A stretch of 64,000 bases of DNA from Paramecium tetraurelia (taxonomy: Eukaryota). The translations under genes and the position numbers were made by a program. The DNA lies in the NCBI GenBank assembly GCA_000165425.1, contig CT868385.1, positions 124,001 to 188,000 on the forward strand, given 5' to 3'. This document shows, piece after piece, positions 26,467-37,884 of this stretch (positions within the stretch are counted from its first letter, which is position 1; each line of letters starts with the position of its first letter). The notes beneath the pieces were generated by a model that saw nothing but the letters and a program-made list of their open reading frames with translations, did not search any database and had not been told where the DNA came from.

Positions 26467-27179
26467 TCACATCTTCATTAATCGATATTGTTCTTATAAT
26501 TTTCTCATTATGATTGACTTACTTTCCTCTTCTTCTCCCTTATCCTCTTATTTCTTAGAAAAAAGGCCTGAATACTAATTGAAATTGTTCCTCATTGCGA
26601 AATTGCCATATTCCCACTTAGAAGAATCTGGTGAAAGTTTTAAGGAAGAAAACTATCGGCTGGGAAATTCTTGCTATTACATGAGTTTTAATTGTTTTTC
26701 AAAAGTATCTATGGCCATACAATTATCCAAAAGGTCAATTATTTTGGGCTTGTTAATTTGTAACAATTTTTTTATTGCTTATTCATGACTAGTTTATTTA
26801 ATGTCTTGTCCTTCCTCCACCAATAAATGCTAAGATTCTTGTGAATCCACACTTAATTTCGTCAAGCTTCCTTAGCTGCATTATTAAAAAATATACATAT
26901 CATCGGCTACAAACAAAATAAACCGAAAGGTTAAATTCAAAATCTTGTCCCTTTTTGCTTTCTTATTTATTCTACCTTGTTTTTTATAAACTGAATAAAT
27001 AGCTTTTATTGTCGAGGCATTGTGCCCTGTGATCATAGAAACCTTAATAATATAAGAAATAGTCATACATGTGTAGTGGAATACTTGTATTACTCAATAT
27101 AATGTATTATCAAAGCTCTCTCAGACGAGGATATACTTTTATATTTTGTTCTTGAAGCTTTCTATTTTTTAATTTTCAT
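26467..27179 (-). CDS. Small helix-turn-helix (homeodomain-like) DNA-binding-type protein
   Basis: KYKSISSSERALIIHYIEQYKYSTTHVSMITGHNASTIKAIYSVYKKQGRINKK is an HTH-like pattern; two short introns. Confidence 0.65.
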
Positions 27180-28227
27180 CAATAAATAATTCGATTATGA
27201 GAAGTATCATACTATGTATTACAAAGAATTTGAATATTAAACGCCTAATTCTAATAGTCAATAACTAAACTTTGTATTCATAACTAAATTTTACTGAAAT
27301 ATTAAAAAATAGCAATAAACGAAATTTAAAATTCTGAAGACACCCCTACACATAGAAATTAAAAATCAGAAAGAGTCTCAACTAAATTTTGATTTTCTTC
27401 TATTTATTTAAGTTATTTCAAACAATATTTTGAAATAACCAAAGTTAAATTTTTGTAAAATTGATTATATTACTCAATAGATTAAACTTGAATTTCACTC
27501 CTCTAAATATTTAATTTAAGTTCAATAAATTAGTAGTTGTAAAATAATGAATATGATAATATCAATTCTTTAATCTTTACCTAATAATTTTGAAACTTCT
27601 CAAGTAACCAAAAAGATGTTTAAATAACATTTATTTAAATATTTGTTCTTTTATAATTAGTTTTTTTTTAAATCAAATATATTATTTCTAATAACAATAT
27701 AATTATTATCCATTCAATATGTATTTAATAAAATGTATTAAATCTTTAGTATGCTTAGTCTTTTATGATTTATTTATTTATTCTCACTAATTAATTGAGA
27801 CCTTCAATTCAAATCACCATATTTATCATATTTGAAATTAGAAAAATCCAAAATTTTCATCATAAACTCAAAGTCTTGTAATGAATTTTATATGATTATA
27901 ATTCTAACATTTATTCGCCATATCTCAATTTCTCAAATTATAGATCATAGATTTTATTACTTAATTTTAAGAATCTCTTTCAAAGTTAGTTGCATATTAA
28001 GAATTACACCTAAAACCTTGACAAAAGCATTCTACTAATCAATTATCATAATAAATAAATAAAATATATTGAAATTGATGTTTTTATAATTTACCAAATG
28101 ATTTTAACATATTATTGAGCATAAGTAATCATTTCAAGTGATTAGAATGTAAAACACCTTAAATTAATGTTAAGAAAAGAGAATGAAAACTTTTGTTAAC
28201 TAAAAATACAGTTAATATTAATTTTTT

Positions 28228-29703
28228 TCATTCCATTCCAAAAACTCCTTCCAGATCATTTAAGACAATAGATCTCAAATATTTTCTCATCATCTCTTCA
28301 GTAGGATATTTTGGCAATTCAAGTCTGTTAAAACAAGTATGGGCTATTGGAAATGAATTAGTATTTTTATATTCGATTGGAACAATCTAAAATTTGGAAT
28401 ACATTCCTCTATTAGATTCTAATTTGCTGAATCCACTTCATATTATTAAATTAATACTTGACTGGTATTCTATATGATCCAGTACAGTAATGCAGGAATT
28501 TCTTTAATTAATCTTGATCGAATTCAGCCAAGACTTTCCAGAACCATATAATTTGTTAGTTGTTTTCAAAATATGGTTGTTTATAAATGGAATGTTATTT
28601 CCATTCATCTAAATCGATCAGAGAAACTCCATAGAGAAGCATTTCAAATTCTTCAGCAGTGAATATGTTTAGATAATCATTTGGAATATATTTGTATAAG
28701 TTAGTTTAAATTTGATGTAACTAAGTTGAGATTAGTTTATCAGTGTAAAATTAAATGCTTATGATTATTTAGATTATTACCATAAATCAACAAATTCCTA
28801 TTTGTTCTAATTGTTAACTAGTATGTTGGCTCCATCTTCTTTGAGTTCTATAATTTCATCGTCTTTGCATATTATGAAGTATTATTGCAATTGATTCTCA
28901 TCAAATTAGTTGTCCATGAGATATTTCCAACTTAGATAGAGACCTTTATCATAGAACTCGATATCTGAAAGGGTGACTTCAAGTCCAAGTAGTTTCTTAA
29001 TTAAAGGTCTGTCCAATTCAACACAAATAGTCATCCTTTCAAATAAGGCCTTTGCTATGGCCAAGCCTACCAAATCAAAGTAGAGACTCTGCCTAGCTAT
29101 TTTATAGGAAACATCATTAGTTTCAGTTAAAACAAATATTTCTTTACACATTTCCTTGAAAATTAGAGTCAACCATTCTCTTAATAAACCACCTGCATCT
29201 TGAACTTTATCATTCTAAAATACTACTTTGACTTCTTTATAAAAATCAACTCCTCTGGCTGAATTCAATGAGGAGGAGAGTAAATCATTTTGATTTACAT
29301 TCAGTTTATCCGATCCCAATTGCCAAGGTATCCTAAATTTTTCTAGTTGCATATTAAACCAAACCTATTTTTCAGCAAAAGATCTTTTTTAGACATCAGT
29401 TGGTTTTAGATTCTATTTTTAAATATTTATGCATACCTAAATCTATCCACCATTGACTTGTGATTAAACTCTCTTCCATTTATTATTCTATTTTATCCAA
29501 ATATAGTTGTCTCCTAATTAGACATGTGGTTGAGGCATTTGAAATCCCATTTGGTTTTAAACTTGTGCATGTTAGAGACATTGATCTATATGAGAATTCA
29601 AAACATTATAAGTAGTAGACGATCCAAACTTTCGATCGCAATTAGGACACCTAGCTTCGTGTCCAATTTTTTAATTCTAATGATTAGAACTTCTATTCCC
29701 CAT
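28228..29703 (-). CDS. HECT E3 ubiquitin ligase with an N-terminal UBZ-type zinc finger
   Basis: MGNRSS; CPNCDRKF...LNSHIDQCL; DAGGLLREWLTLI; FLHYCTGSYRIP; catalytic FPIAHTCFNRLELPKY. Confidence 0.95.
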
Positions 29704-29789
29704 TTTCTTCAAATATTATATATAATCAATATGCAAAATTATAAAACTTATAAAACCATGTTTAAAATTTAGAATGCCATTTATCGTAT

Positions 29790-30680
29790 CATATAACAAA
29801 TTAATCTAATATATCTGATGAATAAAGATCCATTTTATATATTAATCTTTAAAAGAATATTTCTTATCAGATATATTCGTTTCCAAGTCATACTGATTCC
29901 TTTTAGAAAATGTTTTGAGTCATTTATGGATTATTAGTATCTAATTTTCTAATATAATAATTTAATCGTTTAAAATAACTAAATAATCATTCTAAAACTG
30001 AATGATCCAGTACAAAATTGTAATCCCTGTAATCTCAAACTTTGTTCAGACTGAATTGTATCCTCTCTGCAATCCCATAACAAGTATTATAAATTTCTAC
30101 TTATAGAGAAATTAGCAATCATTCACTCTTTCATACAATTAAACAAAATGATCATAGGATTAAATTCTTTAGTATTTTTGAAATTTGGTTTCAGACTCGA
30201 TAGAAATTAGAGCCTCCTTAAAATTCTTGAAGCATTTAGTTGAAGATCCCTAATTACCTTCGTTATTTGAAGGTATTTGTTTTTGCATATTTTAGATGAA
30301 TTAACTTGAAGCCTTTTAGAATCAAGCTATTAAAGCGTACAAAATAAATTAATTTTATTAGGTTATAAAGTTTTTGATAATAAGTTTTTACTATTTTGCT
30401 AGTAATAGTATAATTATTAGAGAAGGAATAATTATTAAGTTTGATAACTTCACTAGTTTCTCTTTCGCGTTTTGAATTATAAATCTAATTGTATAGTTAA
30501 TGAGAATTCTAGAAAGAATATTGAGTTAATATTATTTTCTTAATTTATTCGTCTTACGATGCATTCAACTGCATCTTCAAATGTCTTACTGAGATTTTTA
30601 TTTCAAATCTGAAACCATTTTTTAGATTATTGGATGAACAAAATTCTATAGAATTCTTATTAAATTAATCGAAGCATAAA
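29790..30680 (-). pseudogene. Possible decayed gene relic with HECT C-lobe-like fragments
   Basis: Coding-like fragments broken by TGA; ...LLWDC...LQFCTGSF... resembles the HECT LQFxTGS motif of the neighbouring gene. Confidence 0.2.
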
Positions 30681-31682
30681 TTATCTAATTATTATTTTTA
30701 TAAATTAATTATATAAAGTATAATTATTATAATAATTATATAACAATTTGTACTGATCATAATATGTTATCTTTATTAAGCGCATAATCGTCAGTACATC
30801 TTAACGCCATAACGTTAATTACAATCTTCAGATAATGAAAAATAAATAAACTCTTTTGACAGGATGATATATCTAGATCTTTTTCTTTCATATAATTATA
30901 TTTCCATTTCGCCACACCAGTAGGAACCTTGTTATTAGAAGGGGCTGTTGATAATGATGTATAATATACATCTAATTATTATTATTTCCATATTTTAGTG
31001 AACTAATCTATCAAAACCTTGCACTTATAAATCTTTCTTTTCAGATTGTTCATAAAATCAAAGAAGCAAATAATGGATGAATTTTATATCTGTAATCCCA
31101 TATTTTATTTTGTATTATTCAACTGATAAAGTTTATGATAAGAACAATTATATGCTATAATAGAAATGTAAATTACTTATTTTTGAGTGCTAAGTATTAA
31201 AAATATAATCTTTAGGATACAATTGCTTTATTGTGAAATCTTATTTATTTAATCTTTAAACTCTAAATATACTTTATGTGATAAATAATAACAATTCCGG
31301 TTATTTTCTAATAACTATATCTTATTATCGATATCCAAAGTTTCTGATTCACTCAACTATGCTTGTAAAATTATGATCAGTACATTGATAGTGCAACCCT
31401 AAGTTATCATCAATTGTATATTGTTATTGCTATGATTGAATCTCTTAGATAAATTATTAGGTATGGGACATTGGTGATTATAATGTTGAATATTAATTTG
31501 GGCAGTTAAAAATAATTTTATATCAAATTTCTTGAAATATTCTAACTTATTCATTATGAAGTTTGTAAGTTAGGATAATAGATAATAAGAATAGATAAAA
31601 TCAAATTATTGTGATCGATTAAATTTTTTATCGATATACGAAACTTATATTCATTTTAAGAAATTAATCGTGTATTATAATA

Positions 31683-34600
31683 ATGAAAAAGTTCCTTTTT
31701 AAAATCAAAGCATTTTACGTTAGAGACTTCTTATTTATCAGAGATTCGAAGAGGATAACATTTAAAATGGCCATTGCGATGATATTTATAGAAAACCTTT
31801 AAATGTTATCAGTGTACACTAATAGCTTTAATACAATTTAGTATGATGAATTTCTAAATTAAGTTCAATCCTTAATCAATTATTTTAGGTCAACTAGATA
31901 TCATATATATTAGGATTTACACTTTATTCGGTAACTCAATTACTGTAAGAATTGCTTGTGTAATGGTTGGATTTTTGATAAAAACCATATTTTTAGTAAG
32001 ACTGGTTTTTCTAGTGTTAAGTTAATATTTATTTATCAAAGAGAAGTTGACTCTTCATGATTTACCACTAGATCAAGTATTAATATAAATAAATATATCA
32101 GAACAAATAAAATTATCATTTTGAGAAATCATGGCAGTCAACATTGATTTTCTGGTACATGAAAATCAATCTTGAAGTCATGTAGGTACCAGTGCTATTT
32201 TGTGCCATTAGTGTTATCACTGATCTGATCGGTCTCAGTATTAATTATTTTTATTTAGAAAGTTTAAATGAATTTGAATAAATTGGATTGCTTTTAAGTT
32301 TCCTTCTAATTATTTAATAAATACTTGTAGGTGTATTCCTGCATTTTCATCAGACTGATTACAGAATAAAAGATTATGATTTATTAGGGAAACTCAATGG
32401 GTTAGAAAACCAAACTCTTTATGGATTGAAAATACTGTAATAAATATGATTATTTCTTTAGAATAATATTTTTATCTGGAAGTTAATAACATATAGTTGT
32501 TATTTAAACCTTAGGATTGCTTATCAATAGTATATAGGCAATACATAATTATAGATAGCTCACTTATATAGATCATAGAATAACCAATTTTGCTAATTAG
32601 ATTAATTTTCTGATGTTGTTGTATTAGGTAGTATTGATTCTATGTGAATTTGGGGAGACACAAATAAGAATCAGTTCATCATTATTGATTCTTTTCTTTT
32701 CACCCCTAATTATTATTCTGTTCCATCAACTCCATATGAGATCAGAATATAACAATAAACATATCGATAACCATCGATATTTAAAAAAACTGTATTGGAA
32801 TGCCAAAAAACTGATCTATTCTAAAAAGATGTCTTAACATTAGGATTAATAAATACTATTTGAAATATACACAGTAGTCAGAAGCCATTTATAAGAATGC
32901 AAATAAATAAGGATAAGAAAAATGTTAAAAATGGCTAGTTTCAAATAAACATGCTTTTGTTCAATTTTTCAAAATCAGAGGGATTCATTCTAGAACTTAG
33001 AGTAATGTAAGGAATTTTTAAAATTATTGTTGGGTTAAGTATTGGAAGATTAACTAAAGGAAAATGGCTGCATTTAGAATTCAATAACCTATATATGTTA
33101 TTTAACTGAAATCAAGAAGGCGCCAATCTCAGCAATATATGAAATAATTAGAACTTCAACTATAGAAAAAGTATATTTATATGTCAAAATAATAGCTTCA
33201 ATTGAGATAAAAGTAGATCATACATTAACTTTAATAGAGTTCTTAAATAAAATTTAATCAATTAATAAAGAAGTAAAATTTAGTAAATCAGATGTTTGAT
33301 TTTAAAAGAGCCTACCAATTTGAAGAATCCTTAAAGGTTTTAAAGTTAAACCTTTATGTCATCGTCAAATAAGAAATAGTAATAAATAATAATAAGTTTA
33401 GGAATTCTATGAAACTCTTTTTGCACCAATCATAGATGCATCAATTTTGTAAGACAAAGGGTTACAATTAGTAAATAACATTACTTTTTTGGAAAAATAG
33501 ATTTAACTTGTTTTCAGGACTAATCCACAGAATGGAGAGTGTGACACCATTTACAAACTATTTCAAAAATACATAAACTTCAATAAAGTTAGGCCAAAAT
33601 TATTTAAAAGAGAAGGCCAATTAACGGCTGAATTCATTTAATCAATTGATAAAATAATTTACAATTAAAATAGTTGCGTGGTTTAAATTACCTTACTTTA
33701 ACCTAGAGGAAATGTAATTAGATACACAAGATCATTTTAACAAGTGTTGTAGTATAAAGATGATGAAATTATGAATTAAAACATTAAAAAATTTATACCT
33801 TCCATTATTGCTAGCGATCATGATTAATATTTGAATAATTTTGTTGAAACTGGAAGAATTAACGTATTAAAAAGAGAATTAAGAATTATTTTAGTAAAAT
33901 TAAAATCTGGATTTGTGATTCCAATCAATACTAGATTAAGAATTGAAGTGAATTCTATTGAATTTGGAGCTTAAGCACTTATGACCCCAGTTAATTATTC
34001 ATATGGATATTTGATGCTTAATGAATAAGGATAAATAGAGGAATTAACAAAGAACATTTTTGAGGACATATTTAAATAATATTTGGGATTAGACTTTGAT
34101 TTTGTAAGAGGTTTAGACTTTTTGCTTATGATTCCTGACTTATCTAAGATATGGGAAAGTATATTTGATGAGAACTTTGAAAAATTAGACTTATATTTAG
34201 AAGCCTAATTATTGATTCCAGTAATAGAGAAACAAGCAGTCTCACCAATATGTCCATTTAATTATGGAAACAAACTATCCCTTAACAAAAGACTAGCAGA
34301 TTACATCAAAAACAATAGCTAAAATATTATTAAATATCAAATTAACCTTCATCTCACTAGTCTAACCACAATAAATCTAAGGTAATGTTTGTATGTAATT
34401 ATATATAGAGTCGTTATTGTTGAAATTCCAGAATACAAGCAAACGATTAACAAATAATATGCAAGTTAACTTGAATTATATAATTAATAAGTGTAGCCTC
34501 ATAAAACATCAGTTAATTTCACTCATCAATCAGACTTACCAACTCATAAATCTTGTGGTATAAACTCTCCAATGAACACACCCCCTCCTACCAAAACTTT

Positions 34601-36641
34601 AATAAACGAATGTGATTTAGATTATGAAAATTTAATAGAAGAAAAAAAAATGATATAGGAATTTCGAAATCAATTAGCCTCAATTACAATGAATAACACA
34701 TTACAGAACAATTCTAAAGAACCTTTAATTTAACAATAATAATAAGCCGAGAATATATACGAAGCAAAAATAGTTATGATGCCTTAACGTATTTTATCTT
34801 ACAAAAGTGAGGAATTTGAATAGAAATAATACTAGCAAGAACAGTTCTAGTAATAATAATAATATAATGGCTCAGTTGGAAGTAGATCTTCCTAGAATAA
34901 CAGCAATACATTCAAAATGTAAATAAAAGATTGTTTATAAAATAAAAAAGAGTTAAATTTAAGGATAAAGATCTTTTTATTAATATTTTATTTCCTATTA
35001 TTAGTAGGGTATATCCTAAATTTTTGTATTTTATACTTTAATTTCTAAAAGATTGATGTCAATTTAAATTTTGAAAGTCTACCTTATCAATTCAATTACT
35101 ATTATCATGAATTCATTATTGCTTAGGTCTACGTATCTGAATAAGAATTTAAATTCAATCAGCTACTAAAAACTTCATTATATTATTACCAAAATCAATT
35201 GAAAAATGTTGATTAAATTATATCTCTTATGCCTCAAATTAATGTCATAAATAATTAAACCTTACAAAGAAGAACCGTAAATGTTATTTCACAAATGTCT
35301 GAGGTTTATGATTCCAACAAAAGTACATCTCTCTAAGAGTATTTAAATAATAGTGATGCATTTCATGTATTATTAGATAAATTTAGTGAAGCCAATTCTC
35401 CTTCATCAATATCTAGTCTGCTCAGTTAGTATGATAATATTTAATATATTCTAGTTTTATCCTTGAAGAAATCTTGCTATTTATACTTTTATCCAGTTAT
35501 GCCTATTTTTATGTTTCCATACTAAAGATGAAGATAAAATTCTTTAAATTATTTTGTACTTTTTCAAAAGATTTTGTAAAGGAATAGTTTATTTAATATC
35601 ATTCATTTTATAACCAAATTAATCATGCTAAATTTAAAACTAATGAAACAAATGAAGAATCATTTGAAGCATCGATGATAACTTACTATTAAAAGAATTC
35701 TACTTAAAGTAATTTGGAGAGTCAAGTAAGAGTTGGAAGATAAATTTAAACTCCATGTAATTCATTTATTAATATTTTGTAGAAATCAACATGAATTTAA
35801 TATTTTTCTTTTTCGTGATGCTTCTGATATCTGTTTTTAGTTCATCTTACTATTTTGGAACATATTTACTCTAAAAATAAGTACTTATTACCATAGAAGC
35901 AAATTATTTTGAAAGGTTGTACTATGAAAATGTTGCAAATCATTTATTATTTGCTTATTCTCATTCAGCCTTTTTTTACAATAAAACTATTACCGAAGAA
36001 ATGTTATAATATTAAACTAGTGCCCTAACTGAATTATAGGAATATATTACTTAGATCACAATATAACAAGAAAATTCAAATAATTTAATAATTTAAAATA
36101 TCTTAGTAGATTAAATTTGTAGTGTTTTTCAAGAAGGAATGTAAAAATTTATAATATTTCTAGATCTATAGAGGACACTGGCTATTAAAATTTGTTTTCA
36201 TTTGAACAGTGCTCATCTATACCTTCTCTATCAAAAGGTTTGATATTCGTGGCCTAAGAATTATTTTCCATTTACAATGACATTGTATAGAACTTGCAAT
36301 CCATATAGTATAATGAAACTTCAAAGTTTCCCTTATTATTAGAGGCTGATATATAAATAGAGAGACTTTATTCGCAATTCAGCTTTTAAATCATAACAGA
36401 ATTACTTAGATAAGAAATTAAAGATTTGATATCATAAACGTTTTACTTAAATACTGTAATGTTTGTCTTGGCAATTATTTTGGCAAGTTTGACTTTATTA
36501 ATTGCAAAAGTGTCTATTGAGAAGATTTAGTCATAGCATTCAGAAAATAAAAGAATATTAACATTATTTCCATATGATAGATTAATGGAGAATGCCTATG
36601 TACATAGTTTTATATCATAAGATTTACATTTTTTAGTTTGA
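31683..36641 (+). CDS. Large multi-pass membrane protein with a PAS domain (TmcB/TmcC-like)
   Basis: N-terminal TM cluster; PAS-like NIKKFIPSIIASDHDQYLNNFVETGRINVLKRELRIILVKLKSGFVIPI; later TM segments; C-terminus KRILTLFPYDRLMENAYVHSFI; many short introns. Confidence 0.8.
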
Positions 36642-37262
36642 AATTGATCGAATTATAACTATAATATTAAAACAATAATTAATATCTGTATAATTGTATT
36701 GTTCTTTCAGAATTGTTATTAGATGGAAAATGAAATCCATCCTTTATTATTTTTTATTTGAAAACATTTTTTGTAAGAATAATAGATTTCTATTAAATTG
36801 GATATTAAAAGAAACATCTATATAAATAAGTCGATGAAAAATATTGTATTATGATCCTTATCTATAAATACATATATGATTATTCAACTTTAGAACAACA
36901 GGATGATCTCTAACGTAATAATCTTGTGAATTTAGCATAAAAGTAAAAAGAAGTCATTATTATATTTATTATCATATTTTACTCATTTTTTTTATGATTT
37001 TTTACAATGGAAACAATTAAAGATTCAGAACCACCAATATTCTGGAAATTAATCGTAAGCATTTCTTTGACATATTTTGAGGGGAGGTCAAAGAGTAAAT
37101 AAAACATACACTCAGTTTCTCTGAATAATCAAAAGATTATGATTGAATAAGATAGGATGTTTCTTAGATCTTGCTTATATATAATGATGTAAGATTTCTG
37201 ATTTATAGGATTGATATAATTGATGAGTTGTGTTAAAAATTTATCATTAAAATAATTAATTT

Positions 37263-37826
37263 ATGTCATCAGATTCGGATTAGCATAAAAAGGAAGAGGC
37301 AAATCGGATTTATGTGACAGGATATTCAGCAAAAGAATCAGAAATGGATATAAAGAGTGCTTTCGCTAGACATGGAGAGATTCAGGAGTTTTCATGGAAA
37401 GGACGCTTTTGTTTCATCGTAAGACGTGGGAGTTGGCATTAGGGTGCAGGCTTATACCAAGCCTGAAGACGCAGCAAATGCTGTTAGATTGATGAATTAG
37501 TAAGAGATCAACGGAAGGAATTTGATTGTGGAGCTAGCACGAGCAAAGAAAAAAGATGGAGCCTGTTATTAATGTGGGAAATAGGGGCATTTGTAAGTGA
37601 AATGAATATAATTTTAGTGCTCGAAATTGTCGTTTGAATAGACGATCTTATTCTGACTCCAGGTATGAGAACATGTGACATTAGGCGCCATTCAAAGAAG
37701 AAAAAAAAACATAGAAAGCATAGATCATCAAGCTCTTCCTCGAGTAGTGAAAAGAAAAAATCAAAAAAGAGAAAGAGAAAGAGCAAGAGTTCTTCTTCTA
37801 GCTCTCATTCACGTTCAAGTGATTGA
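37263..37826 (+). CDS. SR-like splicing factor: RRM, CCHC zinc knuckle and Ser/Arg/Lys-rich tail (SRSF7/RSZ-like)
   Basis: RNP2 IYVTGY; RNP1 KGRFCFIAY spanning intron 1; CYQCGKQGHFARNC; three introns. Confidence 0.88.
37419..37449 (+). other. Unusual 31-nt GC-rich intron with an internal alternative acceptor (TTAG ending at 37442)
   Basis: gtaagacgtgggagttggcattagggtgcag, 17/31 G+C; only the distal CAG keeps the RRM frame. Confidence 0.8.
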
Positions 37827-37884
37827 TAAATAAAAGTTCAATATATTTAAAATCATAAGTAAATTATATATACAAATATAATTG

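Noticed and set aside
37007..37250. Possible small spliced gene METIKDSEPPIFWKLI…
   Set aside because: Needs an atypical GAG acceptor and has no clear stop or domain; at most a relic
37508..37786. Minus-strand hydrophobic ORF (MLFLFLFFDFFF…)
   Set aside because: Antisense of the Lys/Ser/Arg-rich tail of the SR-like gene
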